Assembly: GCA_963750165.1 (NCBI GenBank)
Contig: CAVVPN010000003.1
Span: 448,001 to 512,000, forward strand
Reading direction: 5' to 3'
Origin: an uncultured Gemmataceae bacterium
Lineage (GTDB): Bacteria; Planctomycetota; Planctomycetia; Gemmatales; Gemmataceae
Length of the DNA stretch: 64,000 bases
A program made the position numbers and the translations under genes. Positions within the stretch are counted from its first letter, which is position 1. Every line of letters starts with the position of its first letter. Below are positions 21,585 through 32,091 of the stretch, in pieces. The notes beneath the pieces were generated by a model that was given only the letters and a program-made list of their open reading frames with translations, did not search any database and was not told where the DNA came from.

Positions 21585-22834
21585 ATGCAAGTCCCCGATC
21601 CTGTGCCGTCGCGCAGCCCCTGGTCGCCGATGGGCTACCGCGTCGTGACCGTCGCGGAGGAGACCGGTCCCCCGCAGCCGTGTCCGCAGCCGCCGGCCTC
21701 CCTGAGCTACCGGGTCAACCCGGTGGGCGAGGAAGACGTGCCTCCCCGGCCGCGCGCGGCGGAGCGCTTCCCAGGACCGCCGCGCCGGCTGCTGCGGAAA
21801 CCGCTTCCAGAGAAGTCGCAGTCCAAACCCCTGTGGTGGGCGGTTGTCCTGTTCGGCTCGTTCATGGCCCTGTGCCTGATTGCGCTGTTGATCGGCTCGT
21901 CTGACCGCCGATCCGCCCCGCCGCCGGTCGGATTCGAACCTGAGGTGGTGATAAACGATGTCCGCGGCCCCGAGGTGCGCATCCCCCATGTGCCCCCCGA
22001 GAAGGATGACAAGCCTGTCGCCCAGGTGCCCTTCCCGGACATCCAGGCCGCTGCCGAGAAGAAGGCCGGGCCGCAATTCTTCGGCTTCCCCGCCGCGGAG
22101 GTGTGCAAGAACGACCCACCGCGGCCAGCGCCCGGCGGCCGTGAGACGTTCGGCACCGCCGTGGAGTTCGCCCGCAACCCGCAGGAGGCGGCCCGGCAGG
22201 CGGCAGCGGCTCGCAAGCTCACCTTCCTGCTGCACGTCTCTGGGAACTTTGAAGACGCCGGCTTCACCTGAAACAACGCCGAGCGCTCCGTGTGAACGCC
22301 CTGACCCAGCCCCAGGTCGGACAGTATCTGAACCGTCATTTCGTGTCGGCCTTCCAGAAGGTCGCCACCTTCCAGATCAACGGCGCCGCCAAGCAGGGCG
22401 GCAACGTCGCCGCGTATTTCTGCACACCCGAGGGCCGCGTCCTGCACGCCATCGCCGGCCCGGTGGACGCCGCGACCTTCCTGCGCGAGGCCCGCTGGGC
22501 CAACGAGACGTATCAACTGGCGCTGCTGGACAACCCTGGGCCGCTGCAAGTGCAAGGCTTTTTCCGCAAGGCCCACCTCGACCGGCTGAAACTGGAGCGG
22601 GGGGAACTGCGCCTGGCTGAGAACAAGCTGCCGGCCACGGACGCCGTCAGTGGCAAATTGCTGGATCAGCTCCTGGTGCAGAACCAGAACCTGGGCCTGA
22701 ACAACTCGGGCAAAGTTCACCTGATGCTGACGGTGGGGCCGCTGGCCCGGATCGATCAGGTGTATCGCGTGGTGTTTGAACGCATCCTGGAGGAGAAGAT
22801 CACGACCAACCCGGTGGCCGTGAACGGCAAGTAA
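21585..22834 (+). CDS. Putative membrane-anchored thioredoxin-fold selenoprotein (SelN-like); in-frame TGA at 22269-22271 plus a 1-bp frameshift near 22283
   Basis: GGAGG RBS; TM helix; 'ARKLTFLLHVSGNFEDAGFT-TGA-NNAE(ALR)VNALTQPQVGQYLNRHFV...YFCTPEGRVLHAIAGP' reads as one continuous Trx-like domain. Confidence 0.6.
22283..22299 (+). promoter_or_regulatory. Candidate bacterial SECIS hairpin
   Basis: GCGCTC-CGTGT-GAACGC (one C.A mismatch); loop starts about 18 nt after the UGA with G at loop position 2. Confidence 0.4.
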
Positions 22835-22848
22835 GGATGTGAGAAACA

Positions 22849-22902
22849 ACGGCGCCCGCGGCGCCAGCAAGGGCAGCCTTGCTGGCGCCGTGGGCGCCGG
22901 TT
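22849..22902. terminator. Long GC-rich hairpin between convergent genes
   Basis: CGGCGCCCGCGGCGCCAGCAAGG-GCAG-CCTTGCTGGCGCCGTGGGCGCCG followed by TTTT. Confidence 0.6.
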
Positions 22903-22903
22903 T

Positions 22904-24692
22904 TCAGCGCTGTGGTGCAGCGACCGTCCCCAGATCGTAGCAAGCAATCTCCCGGTCGTTGCGCACGTACAGGCGGCCGTGGGCGACCACCGGATGATTC
23001 CAGGTTTTGCTCGTGAAGACCGCCAACCGTCCCCGTTCCTCGTGCCGCTTCGGGTCAGCCGCCAGCAGCACCACCTCCCCCTGTTCCGACTGCACCAGCA
23101 GCAGCCGCTGCTCCGCCAGCAGCGCCACCTGCCCGTAACCGTAGCGCCCCTGTTTCCAGCGCCGCTTGCCCGTCTCCAGATCGACACAGCAGAACAGATG
23201 GCCGTCGAAGCCGAAGGCGCAGCCGTCCTGCACCACCAGGTCGTTGAACGATGGCCGCAGGTGCCGCGACGACCAGCGCCTCCGCCGTCCGCCAGCCGGT
23301 GCCATCGCGGGTCACCTCGATCAGCACGGTGTCCGCTTCCATGCCGCCCAGCACCAGGATCTGCGACGTGCCGACGAGTTGCGGTTGCAACGAGCGCGGG
23401 CTGCCCCCCGGCAGCGCGTGCTCCCAGAGCACCGCGCCGGTGGCTGGCGCGAGGGCGCTCACGCCGCGGTCGCTGATGAACAGCACCTGTTCCTGCCCGT
23501 CAAGGCGGAAGAGCTGTGGCGAGACGTAACTGTGCTTGCCCACGTCGGCCGTCCACGCCGGCTCGCCCGACACCGCCTGATAGGCGAGCAGGTTTTTCGA
23601 TCCGGAGCCGCCGGCAAAGACCACGACCACCCCCTGCACCACCAGCGGCGAACTGGCGAACCCCCAGATGGGAGCGGTGGCGCCGGCCTCGGCGGCGATG
23701 TCGCGCGTCCAGTGCCGGGTGCCGGTGGCGGCGTCGAAGCAGTTCAGGATGCCGGTCGCCCCCAGGGTGTAGAGCCGGCCCTCCGCGAACGTGGGCGTGG
23801 CCCGCGGGCCGGGGCCGCCCTGACCGTCCGAGAACCGCGCCGCGTCGTGGTGCGCCCACATTTCCGCGCCGGTGTCGGCGTCCAGGCACACGACTGCTTC
23901 CTCCTGGCCGCGCTGCTCCTGCGTGAACAACCGGTTCCCGACCACCGCAACCGAGGACCACGCCGGACCGATGCGCTGCTTCCAGAGCAGCCGCGGCGGC
24001 TGGGCGTCCCAGTCGGTGGCAATGCGGACGCCGCGCACCACGCCGTCGCGCTCCGGGCCGCGGAAGCCGGGCCAGTCCTCCGGCCGGAGATTCAGCGCTT
24101 GAGCGCTGTCGGCGGTGTGGGCGTCGCCGGCGACGTACTCTTGCTCGGCGGTGGGGTTCCAGCGCCAGTGGAAGGCGGGCCGGTAGTCGCCGGTGTCGGG
24201 ATCGCCTTCCAGGCCCTCCATGCGGAGCGTCAGGAAGGCCGACCAGGTTAGCAGCAGCGCCGTCATCAGCCCATACCGGCGCGTGGTTGGGGACGCCCAG
24301 CGGGTGAGCACCAGGCCCACGGCCCAGGCGGTAAGCGCGTACGGCAGCCCCAGCATCAATATGATGCCCGCCGGCACGCTCGGGTCCGCGAGGAGCCAGG
24401 CCAGCAACCCGCCGGCCGTCGCGGTGCCGAACACCAACAGCCGATCCCGCATGGGGATGCGCCGGCTGAAGAACCAGACGCCCAGGAACAGCAGTGCCAC
24501 CAGGAGGCCGGCGCCCATGCGCATCAGGAAGCGCGTGAACCCCTGCAGTTCCATCCAGCCCGTGACGAAAAAGCACCCCCAGTACACGGCGACCAGCGCC
24601 ACCGCCGGCCAGATGCGCGGGCGCTGCGGCGTGGCGGCGGGCAGCCGTTCGGGTTGCGGGACAGGCGCCAGCGGAGACACGTCAACCGTCAT
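22904..24692 (-). CDS. PQQ-binding-like beta-propeller protein with N-terminal TM helices (frameshift near 23260)
   Basis: 'DWPGFRGPERDG', 'GPRATPT', 'WGFASSP', 'KTWNHPVVAHGRLYVRN'. Confidence 0.85.
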
Positions 24693-24854
24693 GCGTGGAA
24701 CCTCCAGCGTTCAAGGTGGGGCGACGATTCGATGCGACGGTGACCGCCACTTGGCGGGCATCGTCGCGGCAGGGTATATTGCCCTGGGCTTCCCGGAAAC
24801 GGTAGCCCGGATTTAATTGTACGTGCAGTCTAAACAAATTCCCGTGGGCGTCAA

Positions 24855-25481
24855 GTGATGTGTGCGCGCCGTTATCAACTCGGACTGCGTCAGGCGGCGG
24901 CGGAACAGACCCGCGCCCGCATTCTGGCGGCGGCGCAGGAGTTTCTCGTGGCCCCGGACGGGATTGCCGGCTTCACCATAGAAGCGGTCGCACGGCAGGC
25001 CGGCGTGGCCCGGATGACGGTCTATTACCAGTTCGGTTCCAAGGCGGGGTTATTGGAGGCGCTGTGCGACCTGTTAGCGGTTCGCGGCGGTATGATGGAG
25101 CTAAAGGCCGGGGCCTTCTGCCAGCCAGACGCCCGGCAGGGGCTGGCGGATCTCATCGCGATCTTCGGCCGATTCTGGAGTTCGGATCGGTTGGTGTTGC
25201 GACGGCTGCTCGCACTGGCGGCCCTGGACCCGGAGGTCGGTCGCGTCCTCGGGGCCCGGCTACAGCGGCGGCGTGAGGGGCTCAGGGTCATGCTCGGTCG
25301 CCTGGCGGCGCAGCACGGCCAGCCACGCCCGGAGGCGCTGGACGAAACGCTCGACGTGCTCATGGCCCTGACGAGCTTCGAGACGTACGACTGCCTGGCC
25401 GGGGAGCGGCGCACGCCGGAAGAGGTGACGCCGCTGGTCCGCCGCCTGGTGTTCGGCGTGCTGGGCCTGAGCGAAGGTTGA
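24855..25481 (+). CDS. TetR/AcrR family transcriptional regulator
   Basis: HTH 'FTIEAVARQAGVARMTVYYQFGSKAGLL'. Confidence 0.92.
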   Translation: MMCARRYQLGLRQAAAEQTRARILAAAQEFLVAPDGIAGFTIEAVARQAGVARMTVYYQFGSKAGLLEALCDLLAVRGGMMELKAGAFCQPDARQGLADLIAIFGRFWSSDRLVLRRLLALAALDPEVGRVLGARLQRRREGLRVMLGRLAAQHGQPRPEALDETLDVLMALTSFETYDCLAGERRTPEEVTPLVRRLVFGVLGLSEG

Positions 25482-25535
25482 GCCGGGCAGCCCGGCCAGG
25501 CGGCTTTCTGGTCGTGGGAGATTCGGAGTGACGAG

Positions 25536-25886
25536 TTACAAGGGGAAATACTTCACGACGACCTTGCATTCATCCAGAGACAGGCACTGAATGGCGAGGA
25601 GAAGTTCCTCGATGGCCTGACCCGTCGGTAGGTGGTCGTTGACTGGAAAGACGCCGGGCATGGGCAGCCCCGCAATCGTCCGCTCCTCGACGAACCGTGG
25701 GATCGTTCGCCGATCGTGCGTCAGGAGAATGCGGTCCTGCGCGGCGGCCCACTCGAGGACCGCCGGGTCGGCCGCTTCCGCCAGGCCCACGTCTCGAACA
25801 TGCACCACGTCCAACTCCGGCTCTCGGCGCAACAGGCCGTCCAGGATGTGCCCGTTGAAGTTTTGCTCGACCAGCAAACGCATCAC
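25536..25886 (-). CDS. DUF5615 PIN-like toxin
   Basis: 'VHVRDVGLAEAADPAVLEWAAAQDRILLTHD'; start overlaps the DUF433 stop. Confidence 0.8.
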   Translation of the reverse strand: MMRLLVEQNFNGHILDGLLRREPELDVVHVRDVGLAEAADPAVLEWAAAQDRILLTHDRRTIPRFVEERTIAGLPMPGVFPVNDHLPTGQAIEELLLAIQCLSLDECKVVVKYFPL

Positions 25887-26233
25887 AGGTTCAACCCCTT
25901 CGCCCGGGCGCGGGCCAGCAGTTCTTCCTTGCTGGGCGGTGGCGGTTGGGACGCCTCGATTTTGCGACGCAGGGCGTCCGCTTCCTCGTCACACTGGCGC
26001 AGATAGTCGTTGATTTCCGCCGAATAGGCGTGGTAGTACGCAAGGACAGCGAGCACGTCGCCGAGTTCCAGGGCGTCATACATGCGCACGATGTCCTGGG
26101 GTGCCGTGCCCCGCTGATAGGCGCGAATGACCAGTTCCAGCAGGACGCGAGTCTTGCCGATGCGCAGGACGCCCGGCGGGTCTTCCCGCAAGGGGACCGA
26201 CAAGGTGAAGGGCTGGCGCTCCAGAACGGTCAT
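25883..26233 (-). CDS. DUF433 domain antitoxin
   Basis: 'LRIGKTRVLLELVIRAYQRG..PQDIVRMYDAL..GDVLAVLAYY'. Confidence 0.82.
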   Translation of the reverse strand: MTVLERQPFTLSVPLREDPPGVLRIGKTRVLLELVIRAYQRGTAPQDIVRMYDALELGDVLAVLAYYHAYSAEINDYLRQCDEEADALRRKIEASQPPPPSKEELLARARAKGLNL

Positions 26234-26368
26234 GGTTTTTTCTCCAACGGGAATGGCTTACCCTATATTTTACCTGAGTTCCGACGGGAGGCGATGGATC
26301 TGTGCATAACCTGGCAAATAGCTGCGTCCCCCTTGTATTTCCCTGGACAAGCTGGAAGGAAAATAACC

Positions 26369-26938
26369 GTGGCACGCCTGCGCACCTTCATCGCCCTGGA
26401 CCTCGGCCCGCAGATCCAGGGCCGCATCATCGCGTTGCAGGGCCGGCTGGCCCAGACCACCAACGAGGTGAAATGGGTCGAAGCGGACAACATTCACCTG
26501 ACCCTGCTGTTCCTGGGCGAAGTGGACGAGCGCGGCGTGCCGGACGTCTGCAAAACGGTCGCGGAAGCCGCCACCGCAGTCGGCCCGATTGCCCTGACCG
26601 TGGAGGGCGTCGGCTGTTTCCCGAACCTGCGCCGGCCGCGCATCCTCTGGGTGGGCGTTGGCGAGGGCAGTGCGGCGGTGATCGACCTGCACGACCGCCT
26701 GGAAGAACCGCTGTTCCAGCTGGGCTGCTACCGCCGCGAGGAGCGGCAGTACACACCGCACATCACGCTGGGCCGGCTCAAGGGCGATGAGCCAACGGAG
26801 AAGTTGGTCACGGTGATCAACAAGCACCAGGCCTGGAAAGGCGGCGAAACGACCATCGACGAGGTCCACGTCATGAGCAGCGAACTGACCCGCGAGGGGC
26901 CGATTTACACCGTGCTCAGCCGGGCCAAGCTGGGCTAA
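26369..26938 (+). CDS. thpR: RNA 2',3'-cyclic phosphodiesterase (2H phosphoesterase)
   Basis: Two HxT motifs: 'IHLTLLFLG' and 'PHITLGR'. Confidence 0.92.
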   Translation: MARLRTFIALDLGPQIQGRIIALQGRLAQTTNEVKWVEADNIHLTLLFLGEVDERGVPDVCKTVAEAATAVGPIALTVEGVGCFPNLRRPRILWVGVGEGSAAVIDLHDRLEEPLFQLGCYRREERQYTPHITLGRLKGDEPTEKLVTVINKHQAWKGGETTIDEVHVMSSELTREGPIYTVLSRAKLG

Positions 26939-26979
26939 CGTTGCCGGGCAAGGGTGCCAAATCTCGACGTATGAAAAAG

Positions 26980-27009
26980 TTGGCCCCCTTGGCCCCCTTG
27001 GCCCCCTTG
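26980..27009. repeat. 9-bp tandem repeat (GGCCCCCTT) x3
   Basis: TTGGCCCCCTTGGCCCCCTTGGCCCCCTTG. Confidence 0.7.
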
Positions 27010-27203
27010 CTCGGTCAACGGGCGCCGCTCGCTGCCCGGCCCTGCCAGGTATCATCGGCCTTCTGGACCTGTTAAGCTGGAGGAACCACGGTTGCATTTC
27101 CGGCGATGGGCGATATGCTAATCAGTCAGACAAACGGATTTGTCGGCATCACGGCATGAGAATTGCCAGGTTTGGGGCCCTTCCCCGAGGAGCATTATCA
27201 GCA

Positions 27204-29789
27204 ATGGCTGGTCGCGCGATTCGCACGTTCACCGTCTTACCGCATCTGCCCGGTCGCCTGCAAGCGCTGCAAAAACTGGCATACAACCTGTGGTGGTGCT
27301 GGAACCAGGAGGCCGTCTCGCTCTTCCGCCGCATTGACGACGACCGCTTCGCCGAGCTGGAGAACAGCCCCGTCAAGCTCCTCGGTTCCATCGCCCAGGA
27401 CCGCCTCGAGCAGTTGCAGCGTGACGACGGCTTCCTGGCGCACATGGACCGCGTCGAGGAGGGCCTGCAGCGCTACATGACGGCGCCGACGTGGTTCCAG
27501 GAGACGTACAGCGACCTGTTCAGCGGCGACACGCCGGTGGAGGACCGCTGCCGCATCGCGTACTTCTCGGCGGAGTTCGGCATCCACGAGAGCATCCCGA
27601 TCTACTCCGGCGGTCTCGGTCTGCTGGCCGGCGACCACCTCAAGGCGGCGTCGGACCTCGGCATCCCGCTGGTCGGTGTCAGTCTGATGTACCGCGAGGG
27701 CTACTTCCGCCAGTACCTCAACGTCGATGGCTGGCAGCAGGAGCGCTACCCCGAGAACGACTTCTTCAATCTGCCGCTCATCCCCGAGACGACGAAGGAC
27801 GGCACACCGTTGCTGATCAGTGTGCCGTTCCCGGGCCGCGACGTGTGGGCGCGGATCTGGCGCATCCAGGTCGGCCGGGTGCCGCTCTACCTGCTCGACA
27901 CCAACATCCAGCAAAACAACGCCGAGGACCGCACCATCACCAGCCGGCTGTACGGCGGCGACGTGGACATGCGCGTCCGCCAGGAAATGATCCTGGGCGT
28001 CGGCGGCATCCGGGCGTTGCGGGCCCTGGGCAAGCCGCCAGTGGTCTGCCACATGAACGAGGGCCATTCCGCCTTCTGCGGCCTGGAGCGTATCCGCCTG
28101 ATGATGGAGGAGCACAAGCTCGACTTCACCACGGCGCGCGAGGCGGTGACGGCGGGCACCTGCTTCACCACGCACACACCGGTGCCGGCCGGCAATGACA
28201 TGTTCGCGCCGCAGCTGGTCGAGAGCTACTTCGGCAACCTGTTCCCGCAGTTCCGCATCAGCCGCGAGGAGTTTCTGGGTCTGGGCCGCGTCAACCCGCG
28301 CGACAACAACGAGCCGTTCTGCATGACGGTGCTGGCCATCCGCCTGTCGAACACCAGCAACGGCGTCAGCAAGCTGCACGGCGCCGTGTCGCGCAAGATG
28401 TGGAAGGAAATCTGGCCGACGCTGCCCGAGGCGGAGGTGCCGATCACGTCGATCACCAACGGCGTCCACACGCGCACCTGGCTGGCGCCGGAAATGGCAC
28501 TGATTTACGAGCGCTACATGGGCGTGCAGTGGGAGGAGAAGCCAACCGATCACAGTGTCTGGAAGCGTGTGGAGAACATCCCCAACGCGGAACTGTGGCG
28601 GACGCACGAGCGGCGGCGCGAGCGGCTGGTGGCGTTCGCGCGCAGCCGGCTCAAGATCCAGCTAAATCGCCGCGGCGCCCCACCGGCGGAGGTCGCCCGC
28701 GCCGAGGAGGCGCTGGACCCGGAGGCGCTGACGCTCGGCTTCGCGCGGCGCTTCGCGACGTACAAGCGCGGCACCCTGCTGTTCCGCAACCTGGACCGGC
28801 TGACGGCGATCCTGAACAACAAGGACCGGCCGGTGCAGATCGTCTTCGCCGGCAAGGCGCACCCGCGCGACCACGGCGGCAAGGAGCTGATCGCCGAGAT
28901 CGTCCACATCGCGCGGCGGCCGGAACTGCGGCGGCGCATCGTCTTCATCGAGGACTACGACATCAACGTGGCCCGCTACCTGGTGCAGGGCGTGGACGTG
29001 TGGGTAAACAATCCGCGGCGGCCGCTGGAGGCGTCGGGCACGAGCGGCATGAAGGTGTGCGTCAACGGCGGCATCAACATGTCGGTGCTGGACGGCTGGT
29101 GGTGCGAGGCCTACGCCGGCGACAACGGCTGGGCCATCGGCGCCGGCGAGGAGTACACCGACCTGACCTACCAGGACGACATCGAGAGCCGGGCCATCTA
29201 TGATCTGCTGGAGCAGGAGATTGTGCCGCTGTTCTACAACCGCGCGACCGACGGGCTGCCGCGTGGCTGGCTCAAGGTGATGAAGCGGGCCATGATGACG
29301 GTGAACCCGGTCTTCAACACTGGCCGCATGGTGCAGGAGTACATGGAGAAGAGTTACGTCCCCGCGGCGGAGCGCTACGACAAGCTGACGGCCGCCAACC
29401 TGAAGCGGGCGGCTCAGCTGGCACAGTGGCGGCGCGGCGTGACACAGGGCTGGCCGCAGGTGCGCGTGGAGAACGTCGAGGCCACCGGGGCGGACCCGAT
29501 GCACGTCGGGGCGCAGTTGCAGGTCAAGGCCCGGGTGAACCTGGGGGCGCTGTCGCCGGACGACGTGCAGGTGCAGTTGTTCCACGGCGTGCTGGACAAT
29601 CTCGGCGACATCCCGCAGCCGAGCACGGTGCCGATGAGCCACAACGGCAAGTACGAGGGCAATGCGTGGGTGTTCAGCGGCACCATCGCCTGCCGGGCGA
29701 GCGGCCAGCACGGCTACGCGGTGCGCGTGCTGCCGAAGAACCCCGACCTGGCCAACCCGTTTGAGACGGGGCTGATCACGTGGGGATAA
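27204..29789 (+). CDS. glgP: Alpha-glucan (glycogen/starch) phosphorylase
   Basis: 'YSGGLGLLAGDH', 'HMNEGH', 'FARRFATYKR', PLP site 'EASGTSGMK'. Confidence 0.96.
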   Translation: MAGRAIRTFTVLPHLPGRLQALQKLAYNLWWCWNQEAVSLFRRIDDDRFAELENSPVKLLGSIAQDRLEQLQRDDGFLAHMDRVEEGLQRYMTAPTWFQETYSDLFSGDTPVEDRCRIAYFSAEFGIHESIPIYSGGLGLLAGDHLKAASDLGIPLVGVSLMYREGYFRQYLNVDGWQQERYPENDFFNLPLIPETTKDGTPLLISVPFPGRDVWARIWRIQVGRVPLYLLDTNIQQNNAEDRTITSRLYGGDVDMRVRQEMILGVGGIRALRALGKPPVVCHMNEGHSAFCGLERIRLMMEEHKLDFTTAREAVTAGTCFTTHTPVPAGNDMFAPQLVESYFGNLFPQFRISREEFLGLGRVNPRDNNEPFCMTVLAIRLSNTSNGVSKLHGAVSRKMWKEIWPTLPEAEVPITSITNGVHTRTWLAPEMALIYERYMGVQWEEKPTDHSVWKRVENIPNAELWRTHERRRERLVAFARSRLKIQLNRRGAPPAEVARAEEALDPEALTLGFARRFATYKRGTLLFRNLDRLTAILNNKDRPVQIVFAGKAHPRDHGGKELIAEIVHIARRPELRRRIVFIEDYDINVARYLVQGVDVWVNNPRRPLEASGTSGMKVCVNGGINMSVLDGWWCEAYAGDNGWAIGAGEEYTDLTYQDDIESRAIYDLLEQEIVPLFYNRATDGLPRGWLKVMKRAMMTVNPVFNTGRMVQEYMEKSYVPAAERYDKLTAANLKRAAQLAQWRRGVTQGWPQVRVENVEATGADPMHVGAQLQVKARVNLGALSPDDVQVQLFHGVLDNLGDIPQPSTVPMSHNGKYEGNAWVFSGTIACRASGQHGYAVRVLPKNPDLANPFETGLITWG

Positions 29790-29885
29790 AGAGATCGATC
29801 CACAGATGACACAGAGGAACTCAGATAAAAACAAAAAAAGGGTCTTTATCTGAGTTCCTCTGTGCCATCTGTGGATCGATCTCTT
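29789..29885. repeat. Long AT-rich inverted repeat (41-bp arms)
   Basis: Arms 29789-29829 / 29845-29885 match at 40 of 41 positions; built from CACAGAT-like units. Confidence 0.85.
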
Positions 29886-29925
29886 GACGTTAGACAGGCC
29901 GTGTCCACCCGCACCGTAATTACGC

Positions 29926-30335
29926 ATGAATAACCCCTGGTATCAGGACGGTCTACATTTCCGCTGCACGCAATGCGGCGACTGCTGCACGGGCGCTGCC
30001 GGCTTCGTCTGGGTGGACGACGCCGAGCTGGCCGCCATCGCCGACTTCCGCGGCGAGGACGTGGCCGAGGTGCGCGGTCGGTACACGCGCTCGGCCCACC
30101 GCGGCGCCACCCTGCGCGAGAAGCTCAACGGCGATTGCGTGTTCTACGACCGCGTCGCCGGCTGCACCATTTACCCGGTGCGACCGCGGCAGTGCCGGAC
30201 CTGGCCGTTCTGGGAGAGCAACGTCCGCACGCCAGAGGCCTGGGAGAAGACCTGCCGCAGCTGCCCGGCGCCGGCACCGGCGACCTGATTCCGGCGGAGG
30301 AGATCACGCGCCGGTTGAATGTGATCCCGTTGTGA
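29926..30335 (+). CDS. YkgJ family cysteine-cluster protein (frameshift near 30265)
   Basis: CTQCGDCC...CVFY...CTIYPVRPRQCRTWPFW. Confidence 0.88.
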
Positions 30336-30781
30336 GCGAGGGCGGTTTCCCCATGATCGAGTCGCCGGAACTGGCCGCGACCGTGCGGCAGCGCGTCCTG
30401 GAGTTGTACCGCGCAGCGGACGCCGCTGTGGCCGCCGCGGGTCCGGTGTGCGTCGCCAGCGGCCGCTGCTGTCGCTTCAAGGAGTATGGTCACACGCTGT
30501 TCCTGAGCAGCCTGGAAGCGGAAGTGCTCCTGGCGGCCGCGCCGCCGTATGACCGACCGGTGACGGCGGACTTCTGCCCGTTCCAGCGCGACCAGCTGTG
30601 TACCGCCCGGGAGCCGCGGCCGCTGGGCTGCCGTGTCTACTTCTGCGACCCGGCGTATCAGGAAACCGGCCAGCACATCAGCGAGGAATTCGTGCAGCGG
30701 CTCAAGCGGCTGGCCGAGGAACTGGGCGTCGCATGGCGTTACGCGCCGCTGCACCATTTCCTGAACAAGGATGAAGGATGA
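30332..30781 (+). CDS. YkgJ-like cysteine-cluster protein
   Basis: CVASGRCC...CPFQ...CTAREPRPLGCRVYFC. Confidence 0.75.
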   Translation: MSEGGFPMIESPELAATVRQRVLELYRAADAAVAAAGPVCVASGRCCRFKEYGHTLFLSSLEAEVLLAAAPPYDRPVTADFCPFQRDQLCTAREPRPLGCRVYFCDPAYQETGQHISEEFVQRLKRLAEELGVAWRYAPLHHFLNKDEG

Positions 30782-30829
30782 AGGATGAAGGATGAATTGT
30801 CTTCCCTTCATCCTTCATCCTTCATCCTT
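30767..30829. repeat. Inverted tandem heptamer array (GGATGAA / TTCATCC), copy 2
   Basis: Same unit and layout as 19447-19503. Confidence 0.85.
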
Positions 30830-30848
30830 CCAAGAAAGGGAGGTTACC

Positions 30849-32084
30849 ATGCGTTGGTTGCGCACCTTGCTCGTCGGCGGTCTGTTCGCCGGCACTGCGG
30901 CGGCCGCGGACTGGCCGCAGTTCCTCGGCCCCAACCGCAACGGCTCGACCTCGGAAAAGGTCGTCCCGTGGAAGGGCGAGCTGAAAATTCTCTGGCGGCA
31001 GCCGGTCGGCGAGGGCCACAGCTCACCGGTGGTCGCCGACGGCGTCGTCTACCTGCACTACAAGTTGCGCGGCGAGGAAGCCGAGGCGCTGCAGGCGTTC
31101 GACGCCACGACGGGCAAGCCGCGCTGGCAGACGTCGTACCCGCGCTTCACGTACAAGGGCCTGTTCGGCAGCGGCCCGCGGGCAACGCCGAGCGTCGCCG
31201 GCGACCAGATCTTCACGCACGGCATCACCGGCCTGGTGACCTGCTTCGACAAGGGTGGCAAAAAAATCTGGCAGGTCGATACGCAGAAGGACCTGAAGGC
31301 GCCCAAGCTGTTCTTCGGCGCGTCATCGTCACCGCTGGTACACGGCGATCAGGTGGTTGTCCTGGTCGGCGCCGAGGGGGCGAGTCTGGTGGCGTTCCAG
31401 CGCCGCGACGGGAAAATCGCCTGGAAAGCCCTGGACGACAGGGCCAGCTATTCGTCGCCGGTGATCCTCGGCACGAAGGAGCAGCCGCAGCTGGTGGCGC
31501 TGACGCAGAAACGGCTGGTGTCGGTCCACCCCACCGATGGCAAGCTGTACTGGGACTTCGCGCTCAAGGACAAGCTCAGCGAAAGCTCCTCGACGCCGGT
31601 CGTGGTCGGCCGCGGTGTGCTCGTCGCCAGTTCGATCACCTACGGCAGCGTCGGCCTGAAAATGGAGTCGAAAGAGAACAAGCCCGCGGTGGAAAAGCTC
31701 TGGTTCAAGGAGGAATTGAACTGCTACTTCTCGACGCCGGTGGGCGTGGGCACCGATCAGCTCTACGTCGTGACCGGCACCAAGCCACCGGCGCTGGCGA
31801 CCTCGGCGACGCTGCGCTGCGTCGATCCGGCCACCGGCAAGGAATACTGGAATCGGCCGAACGTCGGCAAGTATCACGCCTCGCTGCTGCGCACCGGCAA
31901 CAACAAGCTGCTGATGCTGGAGGAGAAGGGCGACCTGGTGCTGTTGGAGCCGGATGTGAAGGCGTACCGGGAACTGGCGCGGGCCAAGGTCTGTGGCGAC
32001 ACCTGGGCGCACCCGGCGCGGGCCAACGGCCGGCTGTACGTCCGCGACAGCAAGGAGCTGATCTGCGTGCAGCTCGCGCCATGA
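30849..32084 (+). CDS. Secreted PQQ-binding-like beta-propeller protein
   Basis: Signal peptide, 'DWPQFLGPNRNG', 'GPRATP', 'TWAHPARANGRLYVRD'. Confidence 0.88.
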   Translation: MRWLRTLLVGGLFAGTAAAADWPQFLGPNRNGSTSEKVVPWKGELKILWRQPVGEGHSSPVVADGVVYLHYKLRGEEAEALQAFDATTGKPRWQTSYPRFTYKGLFGSGPRATPSVAGDQIFTHGITGLVTCFDKGGKKIWQVDTQKDLKAPKLFFGASSSPLVHGDQVVVLVGAEGASLVAFQRRDGKIAWKALDDRASYSSPVILGTKEQPQLVALTQKRLVSVHPTDGKLYWDFALKDKLSESSSTPVVVGRGVLVASSITYGSVGLKMESKENKPAVEKLWFKEELNCYFSTPVGVGTDQLYVVTGTKPPALATSATLRCVDPATGKEYWNRPNVGKYHASLLRTGNNKLLMLEEKGDLVLLEPDVKAYRELARAKVCGDTWAHPARANGRLYVRDSKELICVQLAP

Positions 32085-32091
32085 GGGTTTT

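Noticed and set aside
22293..22295. Second in-frame TGA as another Sec codon
   Set aside because: It disappears when the single missing base is restored; the Trx-like sequence continues in the other frame.
24812..24840. TetR operator palindrome
   Set aside because: AT-rich and only weakly symmetric; cannot be supported.
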